From: Atractiella rhizophila
Taxonomy: Eukaryota
Direction of reading: 5' to 3'
Assembly: GCA_021432655.1 (NCBI GenBank)
Contig: MU271298.1
Span: forward strand, 62,104 to 95,269
DNA: 33,166 nt
Shown here: positions 1-11,468 of the stretch, one piece after another
Layout of the letters: each line of letters starts with the position of its first letter
How positions within the stretch are numbered: position 1 is the stretch's first letter
Notes under the pieces: model-generated
Seen by the model: the letters and a program-made list of their open reading frames with translations, nothing else
Databases searched by the model: none
What the model was told of the DNA's origin: nothing
Translations under genes and position numbers: made by a program

Positions 1-309
1 TGGCATGGTGTGAGACGATCTCACCATACCTGCTGTTACTGTCAAGCATCAAAAGGTACTTCTCATGGTCTCACAGGATCCTAACTGACATACAAGCCTC
101 AATGACAGCAACGATGCATGTGCAGAGCATGGCCTTGAAGGGTTGGATGATACAAGGTGTTTCTATTCCTGAATCACATTGGGCTGATTTGGAGGCACAG
201 ATGGGATGGAATAATTACATTGTTTCTACCTGGTATTGTATTGAGGTGTGCTGATCTCCATTATATTCGGGGTTCTGTTATTGTTCTCCATCAATTGATG
301 CTTTGGAAA

Positions 310-486
310 CAAAGGCACTGTGATGATAATGTGATATAATCATTAAAAAATAATGCATTACCTTTATCTTAAAGACAAGTTTTTTTTTTTGAATGTAATG
401 GCATTACGGTATACTGTGCCAAAAGAGCATTATTTTGCACTAAAAAAGTGATTATTGACATTATAATGGTAATGTGCTCAGCCCTG
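310..486. mobile_element. Possible right terminus of a hAT-like DNA transposon/MITE extending left of the window
   Basis: AT-rich stretch with recurring AATG/CATT(A) motifs ending in ...GTAATGTGCTCAGCCCTG (reverse complement CAGGGCTGAGCAC..., a hAT-like CAGGG start). The partner end is not visible. Confidence 0.25.
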
Positions 487-846
487 CACAAAGAGGCTGA
501 CAAATGATAACGGAGCAGAGAAAAGGTTAGGATTAGGATTCAAGAATAAAAGTGCCATTGACCTCAACAACTTAAGCTCTTTCGATTTCTTCGCCTTCAT
601 CTTTCGACAATTCACCAAGGAAGAGTAGGCGTCTTTCTGACAATGGACGAGCCTCGTACAGTATATTGCCCTCCTCCTTATCAGACTCCTTGAATTCCAT
701 CAGTTCCAAAGCAGAGTATCTCGAATCATCTCCGACTCCGTCGTTATGCTGTAATGTCGGGGCGAGGAGCTCAAATACTGGCGAGGACATATTGGTTTGT
801 ACCTATTCCAATTCGTCGGTGATCCCCATATCCGCTGATCTTCACG

Positions 847-925
847 CCCTGTCAAAAATGGATTGGTCACTTTTTGGCACTTTTGTCACTTGCTGGTCGG
901 AATTGGGCATTTTTGGGCATTTTTC
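847..925 (+). repeat. Left TIR plus subterminal repeats of the CACTA-type element
   Basis: CCCTGTCAAAA followed by TTGGTCAC / TTGGCAC / TTGTCAC / TTGGGCAT variants. Confidence 0.8.
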
Positions 926-1312
926 GCCGCTCCACCTCTCGGTCGCTTTCTCTCGGTTGAGGAACGTTGGTCGCCCCGAGGGTTTTTGCGCTCAATCAAT
1001 TCTGAGGAGATTTGCGCCGCATCACAAAAGTGGTCAACCTCTCGAACTGGAATATGCTTGAATGCAAAATGTAATAATGATTAACAATTCATCTTGAATA
1101 CAATTTAGGCTGATCCAGTGTCTATGAATGCAATGTGTCTGTCTCTGAAGCAAACAATAAAATAATATAAAAGATATCGGTACGTGGAAACTTGAAATGT
1201 GATCACACCTTCTGACATCAATACCCAATGTGTTTTCCTTTTAAGTAGCTTGAACGTATGTATGTGATGCTGGTGTTGCCATGTATAACATTAATAACAA
1301 TGAGTGAACATT

Positions 1313-1970
1313 CAAAAAAGCGGAGCAAAAAATACTCACCTTCATATATCCAAAAATACAATTTGCTATTACTTCACCATTATTCATCGTATTTTAGACG
1401 TAAGCAGCACGAATGGGAGACCTGAGATGTAGCTTTGACGACGTATAACGTGTATTGAGAATGAGCAAATATTTAAAAAAGCGGAGGACAAAATACGCAC
1501 CTCAAAGACATCAAACACGCAATTCCCAATTGCTTCACCATTATTCATCGTATTTTAGACGTAAGCGGCGCGAATGGGAGACCTGAGATGTAGCTTTGAC
1601 GACGTATAATGTGTATTGAGAATGAGCAAAAGATTTAAAAAAGCGGAGGATAAGATACGCACCTTCATATATGCCAAAGAACACAAGGTTGATAGGATTG
1701 AAAGGCAAACATTAGACATCGATATGGAATCACGTAAGCAGTCACCTGAATGGCAGACCTGAAAGGGAGAATCCAGTGACGTATAATGTGTATTGAGAAT
1801 GAAGCAAAGATTTGAAAAGGGAGGATAACAATACGCACCTTCATATATCCAAAAACACAATTTGCCACTACTTAACCAATATTCATCGTACCTTAGACAT
1901 AAGCACCACGAATCTAGACCTCCACATGCACCACTCTCGCGTATACTGTGTATTGGAATGAGCAAGATTT
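1313..1970. repeat. Degenerate tandem array, about four units of ~160-175 bp, inside the CACTA element
   Basis: Recurring blocks AAAAAAGCGGAG..ATAC(G/T)CACCT, ATTCATCGTATTTTAGACGTAAGC and GTGTATTGAGAATGAGCAAA at ~1313, 1475, 1637, 1813. Confidence 0.85.
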
Positions 1971-2822
1971 ACAATACAATCTATCATGAAGTTGGACGCA
2001 CCTGGTCATGATAACCAGAGCCAGAAAAGATATTACTCACCATCTGTTCATCAGTCAGTTCTAGAGAAGTAGCACGAAGCCACACCATATTGTCGCTCTG
2101 ATTACGTTAGTCTGTATTAGAATGATCACAGATTGAGGAAACTTAGTCTTATTAAGAGGGTTGAAATTTCAAAAAATTGTAATTTTCAAATAAATTGTAA
2201 AATGCAATAGGAATGTAGAAATACAGTCACTGAGCTTGTAGCCGCAAATTCTGTTCTTGCTGTGGTTGCTGTGGACTGAGGGAGAGCTGTTTGAAGTCAT
2301 GGAATTTTGAGGGGGAACATAAATTACGTGCGGCACTTTGTGGGAACGACATTCACCATCCACATGCCATCAAGTCCAACTACAACTAAGTCAGGGAGGC
2401 GTTGCAAGCCCCCCAATACCTATTCTCATGAGTACTATTCTCTCTGTTGTATGGTTACTAAAGTTTGACAGCTTCTCATGTCAAGAATATCCTCCTCTTC
2501 TATACAACTTTCGAGTATGTTGACGGTGGAGCTTCTAGCAGGGGCTTGAGAGCTAAATAGTAGTCCGTGCAGGGTGGTAGAGAGCATTGGCGAAGGCGTT
2601 TTGGTTGACGCTGGGTTGACGTTGTGGACACTACAGGGAGAACTACTGCACAACTACAGCCGGATGCTGCAAGGCTGCTATATCTTCCTTGATATCCACT
2701 CAATCGGCCTCAGAATCACTTTACAGACATCCAGGGAGCCTCAAATACCTATTAGGATATAGAAGATTATGTGTTACAATTTTTGAATTTCCGACTCTGA
2801 AAAAAGTCAAATTTTGAATTTC

Positions 2823-5798
2823 CTAACCCCCTCTATTGTGACTATTGACAATAGCTCCTCGATACTTGATCTGACGACTGACACGGACTGAATTGGGTTG
2901 ACATTGTGATTCTTTCCATAATGTGCGTACACTTTCACCATTCGGGAGTTGCAGTCGTACCCATTTGTGAACATAGCAGTCCCACTCCGCAACGTCATAT
3001 CCATTCTTCATTAGATATTGCTGAATTGCCTTTTTCTCATTGCCGTCTATCTTGCACCACTCTCTGGCAGGTAGGAGAGCCTTGTCCCCTGGAAGAGGGA
3101 GTCCTCCACATGGTAAGTTGTTGACTCGCTTGTTGTGTAGAAGAGATGGATCAATTGTGCGGAGGGCTTGACATTGGGCCTGCCGTATTGACTGTTGTGA
3201 GAGATTTTCATAGGGCTTCGAAGGTTGCTTGATACGAGAAGCAAGAATACCTATTGTTCGTTCCAGGGTCCACTGAGTGATATAGATAAAAGGTCCGAGG
3301 CGGCGAGCTTGTGGAGCATGGTGAAGCATCTTGTGAAGAGAGGGACGGCAAAAGTGAACCTGTTCAATATCATTCTGGTAATAAAGCTGCTCAAATTCTT
3401 CGACATATTCAATAATATGTTTCTCAGCTAAATCGAGCTCCACAGAGGAGATATCACGCTTTCGAAGAATCCGGATTGCAGAGACAATCTTGAGTTAATT
3501 TGTGTAGTATGGCTCTGGTACAACTCCTTCCAACAGTCCAGGCGCAACTCCATAGAAGTAAGTCTCCCATTCTTTTGCTTTATAGGCAGAAAACTTAATA
3601 TCAATATTTCGAAGATATTTATCCCATGAAGCTGGAAGATATGTCCGTGTTGCCTCAACACGTGTTCCATGTTCCTCCCAAATCCTGCCCCAAAGAACTT
3701 GCCAGGGAGAAAATCATGGTCGGCCATACCTTCAGGTAGTGGATTACCATCATCACCACGTTTTCGTTTCCCCTTCTTATGACTTGCTGCCTGCCAATCC
3801 GGCCGGACTGTACCACGCCATAAGCCGATGATGAGCTGAGGAAAGTTGAGGTTTGGATGATGCATCCCATCCACAACAAAGCAATAAGGAACACCTCCAC
3901 CTAGAGTAACAAGCTCAGAGAAGAGAGAATCGCGGACAATGCCGTATTCGGTTGATAACTCTTTCGCTCGAGTTTGATTTCCAGTGGCAGCAGCAGACAT
4001 GATATCGTTAAGGTGCTTTCGATACTGTGATGGAGACTCTCTTGGCAGGTTCCGAGGATCATAGTTGGGCCGTAGTGCTTCAGATTCACGATAGTCATCA
4101 GGACGATGAAGAGGACAGTAATAAGTTGAAGCGCCAGGTTTGTGCACTCCTATAGCTGTACATCCCTGAATGTGACAACCCCGTCGTCCATTATGCCCCA
4201 CTTCGCCAGCCAGTTCAGTTGCACATATGGTATCAAAAAGGCCTAGACCCAGGAATGGTCGTGAACGAAACCATGTCTTTGTTTGAGCATCAAATATTGG
4301 AAATCCAGTCTGTGACAGTTGTTTGAGCCGTTCGAATATGGGATAGAGATATGAATTGAGATCCCATGGTTTATTTGGACCTGGTATTGTGCAGAGAGGT
4401 ATGACAAACTGCTGAAGATAGCGAAGATGAGGAGGAAGATTATAGTCGATCATGATGACAAAGACTGCATCAGACGGTTTCTTGTTGGTGAATAATTGGG
4501 CTCCATCAACCGAGAGAAACACCATTGAATCTGATGAGCGAATGATGTTATCACGAGCTGCCTGGAGATAGTCTGAGCCACAATAAACATCATCAAACCG
4601 TCTGGGCAGATTGCCAGTTTGAGGGCATTGTTGCAGAAGCTCTTTTGTACGCCTGGCACGATGTTTGGATGATGAGGCTCCTTGTGGTGTTGACCAACGT
4701 GCTTGAATCGCCACTTCAAAGGGGACAATAAAGTATCTTTGCTTGGATCTCTTTGCTTCTCTTCCCCTGCACTTGAAGATATCATAGCGAGCAGCTCCAC
4801 ATTTTGGACAGTGTGTCTTTTCCTTTCGTGGACCGGTGAAAGCTACACAGGAGAGAGCAGGACACATATCAAAACCTTGAGGAATCAGTCGACTCTTCTT
4901 TTCAATTAATCGCTTGACACAAAAGAGGGAGAGAACAGTTTGGTTTGAGCGTGCTGAGATGATAGTGCGTAGATCCTTATACAGTTCATCAGAGGCTCGA
5001 CCATTACAGGCCATGAAAAGCTCGACAGAGAAGAGCTCGTCTTCGGATAGCGGTGTATAGTGGTACTTCTCAGAGTCTGGGATCATGCTGAACATTACAT
5101 CCTTCTCCCTGAGTTCCTTGAGCATTTCTCGATAGTGATGATCACTTGACAAGAAGTCTTCAAGATGATGTGCTATCACATATGTTTAGGTTATATTCAG
5201 ACTGTTTCAAAGTGGCAGCATTTCTCGATAGTGATGATCACTTGACAAGAAGTCTTCAAGATGATGTGCTATCACATATGTTTAGGTTATATTCAGACTG
5301 TTTCAAAGTGGCATACTAGTCAAGAGATTAGGATCTACCTCAGAACTGGCAAGTTCTTCTTCTTCCTCCTCACTGGAAGAGGAACTTGAGCTGCTGGAGG
5401 ATTCGTCCGCAGAACTTGGCTGAGGAGTATCTGTTATATAGGACCGAGGTTGGTCATTTCTAGGGGAAGCAGGACGCCCAACACTGACATCATCAATCTC
5501 CATCTGGTTTGGGCCATCTGACTATATACGTTCCCATTTACATAAATGCCCAAATATAGAAAATAATGCTGACATGACTTTCTCCATTACTATTAGAATC
5601 TTCTGTGTCATCCTGACTGTAGATCATATCGTCATCTAATGAAGTCTCCATCATAGGCCCTTTATCTTGCTGATCGACATGATGTTTTCGAAACGTATGA
5701 CGATGTACCCATTTCCCACCGTGGGAATTCTTCCTGCATCTATTACAAGTACACCATCGATAGTTCTTAGAAAGGCGCATTGGTCTACTCTCCATCAT
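2823..5798 (-). pseudogene. CACTA/EnSpm Tnp2-family DDE transposase, disrupted
   Basis: N-terminal CTCNRC motif; introns 5573-5522 and 5316-5269/5173. Motifs CPKCGAARY, SVDGAQLF, NLPPHLRY, IPGPNKP, VGHNGRRGC, DGMH and YITQWTLERTIG. A frameshift near 3705 switches to the homologous frame PWQVLWGRIWEEHG...YKAKEW; in-frame TAA at 3497-3495. Confidence 0.85.
5121..5313. repeat. Perfect 96-bp tandem duplication spanning an intron 3' end and exon start of the transposase
   Basis: 5121-5216 is identical to 5217-5312 (AGCATTTCTCGATAG...CAAAGTGGC). Confidence 0.95.
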
Positions 5799-6104
5799 AA
5801 TGGTCCTCTATCTCTGTTTCTGAGCTGTTACCGACAATATAACCAAATACATCCAACTAACTTCTCAGTTAAGTATATTCCACATAAACAATAACCTCTT
5901 TAAATCACATTTCTCTTTCTCAAACTGAAGCTGTAATGGTTTCTGAAGATTATCCATCAGATGATCAGGAAAGCGAGCATTCACAGGAGGATTTGGATTT
6001 TGCACTTGGAAATAGCAACGGGATAGAAGCTCCTTTCAGTGAGCGCGAAAGTAGTGTTGATTTTGCAGCTGGTCCGTTCTTTCTTGTTCTTGTTTCGCTG
6101 TGAA

Positions 6105-7826
6105 ATGGGTATTAAAGGCATTGATTTAGGTGTGCTGCCACCAAACTTCGACTTCCTCACTCGTTCAAGCAACATCTCATCGCGTACCCCAACCTCTCGA
6201 CTATCTACCCCATCCAGGGATTCACCAGAACCATCCCATCCTTCTCAACTCTGGAATCGTCATCTCAACCTCAACACTGTAGAGGGTAGAGGTCGTTCAC
6301 GCCTAGGCTCGCCGATATCGCCTCGCCATAATCTAGCCCTTTCAGAGCCCCCAAATCTTCGGCAAATCTTGGCCAGTGTCACGACAACTGATCTTCTTGC
6401 TTTCAGTCCTGTGTATCGACGAGCACATGACGAGAATATAGCTCTGCAGACCGAGATTAGGGTTCTCAGGTCCGTTCTCCCATCCGCACTTATTAGTACA
6501 CATTATGATGCATATGCAATGGGCATGTTAGATCACTATACGACAGCTTTAAAGATTACAATCGCACACCACCTCCAGCTCAGCCACTGCCTCATCCTCA
6601 TGAATCCTCCAGATCGTCATTTAGTCTCCCGGAACCATACCGACGCAGTTCTGATGCTACCGCGATTCCAAGATTCAACCGAGTCGATTTCCCCATGATA
6701 ACCTGCTGGACAAGTGCGGAATTCAAGGCTTGGAATGACGCTTACAAGAAGCTCGGAAAAGATGAGCGGAAAGGAACGACACAGGACTTCATTCAGGGTG
6801 AAGACGGCCAACCAATCTCACCTATCCAAACTGAGCAGATCAGGGAATGGATCGGTACAGCCTGGAAAGAGTGCTTCGGTGCGAAAGCGAACGATCAGCG
6901 GTTTCTTGGAAAGAACTACAGCCAAATAGACTCCACGTATACCAATCAACTCTTACACGCCTTCATCGAACGTTTCCCTCTCCTCGGCTATTGTGATGGT
7001 TATTTCAAAGCTCTCTATTTTCTCAATACTGCAAGCTATACTAGGAAACGGAGTATTGTACTTACGGAGAAGAAAGCGCAGATCAAGACTGAACTGAAGG
7101 ATTCCCAGCCCATCTTGAAGAATACCGGACGTCCCCTGGAAGTGAATTCCAAAGAGAGGAAGACAAGTAAAAAGCGCAAGGAATCAGGAGATGATGATAT
7201 TTATTTGAGGAAGAAAAAGAAAGCGACTGCTGCCGAAGATAGTCCCTCTATAAAAGTGTGAGGTCTTCATTTGAGAGAGAACGCAGCTGATTGGTTATGT
7301 AGAGCTGAGAATCTCGATGTCGAGACAAACGTCCCCTCCCCAGATTACACGAATCAGCAGCCTCAGCCTCCTCTCCAACCGTATACCTTCACCGAACCTC
7401 CCCTCCGCTCTCAAACGTGTGACTCCCAATCTGTCACTTCTCCATCCACATTCATTCCTCCTGGAACTGAGTGTACTGCGATTACTATGACAATGGAGGC
7501 GGCTGAACTTGTGCCAGGGGGATTGACCAATCGGGCGGGAAGTGGTGACGACGGTGTTCAGGAACCTATTAAGGATCTTGTGGACGATATTTCTACTGGC
7601 ACAGGGTTTGATGCAGGTAGTTACATCCCTCCCGCTGCAGCAGATCCATTGGCAGGTGCACGCTCTGTTGTTACCCGTTTGCGCTGATCTTACTTACGGT
7701 GCAGGTGCATCGTCCCTCCTCCTCCTCGCTAACAGTGCGTTCTCCGACCTACCCGCCGTCCTAATTCTCACCTTGCCCCAGCTGTTCACGCTTCAACCAG
7801 CGCTCAGCATCCCAGGCCAATCATAG
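6105..7826 (+). CDS. Second (accessory, ORF2-like) gene of the CACTA element, divergent from the transposase; multi-exon, ends uncertain
   Basis: Introns 6470-6531 and 7258-7302 join ORFs 6039, 6695 and 7271 in frame. The core RVDFPMITCW..W...FIQGEDG...RFPLLGYCDGYFKA resembles, from recall, a basidiomycete transposon-associated helical protein family. Lys-rich NLS-like tract and Pro/Ser-rich tail. Confidence 0.55.
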
Positions 7827-8199
7827 GACAGACAACTTTTGAAACAGAAGGTTGTCTTTTCGCACTTCTTTTGCCTTGACTGATATTTGCTTATAGCGTC
7901 ACACACTCACGCTTCTCAGAAAACTGCATGGCCCAGCTCTCGTCTCCAGCCTGATATTCCTGCCGGTTCTCCGCTCAGTACGTCTGATGCTGCTCTGCAG
8001 AGCAGACAAGTCGGATATATTTCAACTGCAGGTCTGTCTGTCATCTCGTCAAATTAGCTGCTCTCCATGTAAGATAGAACATTCCACTCGAATCCCAACC
8101 AGCGAGCAACCACCTCCTGCCAGCCTCACCTCCCTAACCCAATTGCTCAATCTACCTCCCGGATCGATCCCACCTCCTACCCTCCCTTCTGTTGCGATT

Positions 8200-8897
8200 C
8201 CAAGAGTCCAGAAACCCACTGATGCGACCGCGATGTGTGGTAGAAGTGTGGGTGTGAGCAAAATTGGAAGTGATGGCAGAAGTGTGGGTGCGATTGCGAG
8301 TGGAGGCGGTGGCGGAGGTGTAGATACGACGAATGGTGCAGGTTCTGGACTTGGAACGGGAGGACGTGGTGAACGTGAAAGAGGGAAGAGAGCAGTGGAT
8401 GGCGGTGAAGATGTTTCTAGAGGCAGCGGTGTGTGTTCACATTCATCCTGAAATGGATCTGATGGCAGTGAATAGTCTCGAGGAGCATGAGGGAGATTAG
8501 TGGAAAGTCAGCCTTTTTCAGAATGGCTTTTACAGCGCAGTACCTGATAGCAGGATCAGATTAGCTTACGAGAATGCTCGTCATGCTTCGTGGGCAGCTA
8601 CGAACCCTGGAAAGTCAGCAAAAGAGGCACGCAGAGCTATCGGAGCAGAGTACTCTTTGCTAGGAGACCGGAGGCAGCAGGCAAGTCGATTTTCGCCTGC
8701 GCTCGAAACAGAACATGACACTGACCATCATACGTATTTATGCACGGCAGTTCTGGCGCAACGTTGGTAAAGGGCTGGAGCAAGTACCTCTGGACATTGT
8801 CTTCCCTTACCCGCCAGCTCTTGCTTAGAATTGACAGTAAGGACTTATCAGTACTTCCACTCTCGCTGATGCGGATTCCAAAGCAGGCACCATTCAT
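8200..8897 (-). CDS. Possible third internal gene (fragment) with proline-rich C-terminal part, starting near the right end
   Basis: ORF 8637-8897, splice-like signals near 8545-8620 and a Pro-rich minus-strand reading (SPRPPVPSPEPAPF..PPPPPP) down to ~8200. Confidence 0.3.
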
Positions 8898-9074
8898 GGT
8901 CTCACTTTCTACATATGTTCGTGCCTACATTTTACGGATCTCTCTTTTTATAATCTATGCATTGATTTGGATTAATCGTGTAAATACAAGACTTGGCTAA
9001 TCGCAACTAATTTTGACTAATACTGGCTGAGTAAAATTACGTTTGAGGAAAGCTAGAAAGCGACTAAGGAGTGA

Positions 9075-9246
9075 CTGAAAGTGGCCAAACGACGGGATTC
9101 GTAGGTTTCTGCTTTCTGAAAGTGACCAGAAGATTTGCCAAAGTGTACATTTTTTTGGCCACATTGGTCACGATTGGTCACCTTTTTGGTTAGCGACCGA
9201 AAACGACCAAAGTTGGCCAAAAGTGACCAAACAGCTTTTGACAGGG
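9075..9246 (-). repeat. Right TIR plus subterminal repeats of the CACTA-type element
   Basis: Repeated AAAGTG(A/G)CCA and TTGGTCAC motifs in both orientations, ending TTTTGACAGGG. Confidence 0.8.
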
Positions 9247-9446
9247 AGCTTCACGAGGGAAGACCTTTTGGAGAGCGTCAAGGTTTGGCTTTCTGTTCGT
9301 CCGCCCGACCGAGATCACATGATTGGCTTCGGACTGGCCGGCTTTCCTCCCGTTGGGATCGCTTAACGAGCGATGGGGTGTCCATCGACCGGGTGGCATC
9401 TCGGAGAGAAGTGGTTGGGTTCTTGCTTTCCTCTCGTCGGAATCGC

Positions 9447-10383
9447 TTAACGGCCGTGAAGGAGGAGGAAGGGAGAGGATGGAAAACTGCCTTTGCGGAG
9501 TGTTGATGACAGGGTGTGCCCATTGACCGGCTTGATCCTCAGGAAGAAGTGGTTGGGTGTGGACAGGTTCAGCTGGTGATATGTTTCATTGTCCAACTCG
9601 GGAAAAGGGTGATAAAACAGAGTACCTGGCAAAAGAGAGGGAGCGTTCTGAAACGCCGCTGATTTCGACCTATTCAATGGATGCAGTCTTGTCCGCATCA
9701 CCGCCTCTTCCTGGTTGGGATAAGGTTTTTGTCCCTGCCTAGTCTTCTTACGGCTCAGAGACCCTGTTGTCTCAAGGTGACCAGTCCTAGTCTGAACTGA
9801 TGGAAGTGACTCCACAGCTGTTAATCCGAGCATTGAACACTGGGCATGGGTCAAGATTCCTGGATCCCGCCTCTGTTTCTCCAAACGCTCCTCCTCAACG
9901 AAGGTTCCCTGTTGCGCTCTGGGTGAATAAATTTGCTGACGAAGTCCCACGAGCTCTCGACGTTGTTTCGTGAATTGAACCCATTGGTCGCAATACGCCT
10001 GGTGGGCCTGCTGTTCCATCAGGACGGAACCGATGTCCTTCTGTGCGTACCTCTATGTCACTGTGTAGTCCTTCCCAGACGCATCCGTCGTCCTGGTTCT
10101 TGCAGCTGAACACAACTTGAATTTGTTGACGTTACAAGAGAGATAAACGAACCTGAATCTCCTGCGCACCGTTGCGTGAGCGGGCATGTTCACTCTTAAT
10201 GTGGTCACCGCAATGCGAAGGATCGTCTTTGGAACGTGGACAGATCTGCCATGGGGAGTTCAGTGTACACCTCTTCTTGCTGCATGGATTCGCAGCTAGT
10301 TTAGGCTTGGAGAATGACCTTTTAGCTAAGAAGATGCTTTCGCAAGAGAGCTCTCTCAGTCGCACTCTTGACGGATGAGGCAA
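9447..10383 (-). CDS. Multi-exon hypothetical gene with a Cys/His-rich, TRAF-zinc-finger-like segment
   Basis: VFSCKNQDDGCVWEGLHSDIE resembles the V-x-C-x-N-x3-GC-x-W-x-G pattern; upstream Cys/His-rich ORF 10132-10383 and a downstream coiled-coil-like stretch. Exon structure unresolved. Confidence 0.35.
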
Positions 10384-10867
10384 CGGGGTTGGAGCCGAAC
10401 TATTTGCTGCTGAACTTTGTGGTTGGAAGGGAATGGAGAGTTGAGACGATTGTGACTTGACCTTTTAAGAAACGCAAAGAATGGACGAGAGCGGTGCGGT
10501 GTTCAGGTGGCACCTTGTGTTGAATGAATCCAATTGACTCGCATGAATGGAGGGTATCGGCGGGCAAGAAGGAAGGTGTATTCTCTGCCAGCGGAGGACG
10601 TAATGGAAATTGAACGAGATTCGCTCTCTCGCGCGAGTCGTTTGCGGGACGGAGCGCGGCCAGCCAGGGCTACTTCACAGAAGAAAGCACCACGGGAATG
10701 CAATTGTTGAAGTTGAAACCTGAAAACCGTTGGCATCTGCGTCATCGGCTTTGGTTCTTCTTCTGTCTGCAATGGTTTGAATATCGCACAAGCAGAAGCA
10801 ATTTAGCAGTATGCAGAGCTGTTCCAACTGCTCTTTGAAGCATTCCTAGAGTATGTGGAGTGCTGCG

Positions 10868-10997
10868 GCGCGAGAGTAGAGTTCTACTGGTAGCGTTCTA
10901 TCGCGCGAGAACAGAGTCTCAACTTGGAGCAGTTCTATCGCGCGAGAGCAGAGTTCTCTGCTTGGTAGGATTCTATCGCGCGAGAGCAAAGTTCTGT
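10868..10997. repeat. Short tandem array, about four 35-39-bp units with core TTCTATCGCGCGAGAGCAGAG
   Basis: Direct reading: GCGCGAGA recurs four times with short variable linkers. Confidence 0.85.
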
Positions 10998-11468
10998 CGA
11001 CGATCTCGCGTCCCGTCTCAATCCCCGCCTGCTTCACTCACACTGCTCGCCCGTTTCTCGCACTCTTCAAGAAGTTATGTACGATTCCACTCAGTCGGTG
11101 AATAACTTAAAACTCATCAGGTCATTCGACCTTGACTCGTGCTTAACTTGGAGGGACGTGAGAAACAAGCAATGGAGCCATCACAAGAAAGGTGGGAACC
11201 AAGCCGGGGGTTCCAACTCCTGATAAAGAAGCTCCAATCCCGCTGTTTCCGAACCATTGAAAAACCAAAAAATTCAAAACAGATCTGCTCAATCATATCA
11301 ATGACACTCTAACGCTCTAAACTTGGACTGCCATTCGAGACATGTTGGATGAGGGATGTTGCCGGACCACATCGTCAATACAATATCATCCAGAATCGAG
11401 AACCACTACTGTCCAGCATAAAAAGGACGGGTCATAATAGGTGAAAAATTGCCCCTGTCAATACCCGC

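Larger units (their letters stand above)
847..9246 (-). mobile_element. EnSpm/CACTA-superfamily (Tnp2/Transposase_21-type) DNA transposon, 8.4 kb, both ends present
   Basis: Left end CCCTGTCAAAAATGGATTGGTCACTTTTTGGC (847-); right end reverse complement CCCTGTCAAAAGCTGTTTGGTCACTTTTGGCC (-9246). Flanks ATCTTCACG (838-846) and AGCTTCACG (9247-9255) match 8/9. Contains a Tnp2-type transposase and subterminal repeats. Confidence 0.85.

Noticed and set aside
523..541. TTAGG-like repeats suggesting a telomere
   Set aside because: Only two or three imperfect units at an internal position.
10868..10997. CRISPR-like repeat/spacer appearance
   Set aside because: Linkers are short and partly similar to each other, no cas genes are present, and the context is eukaryotic with introns.
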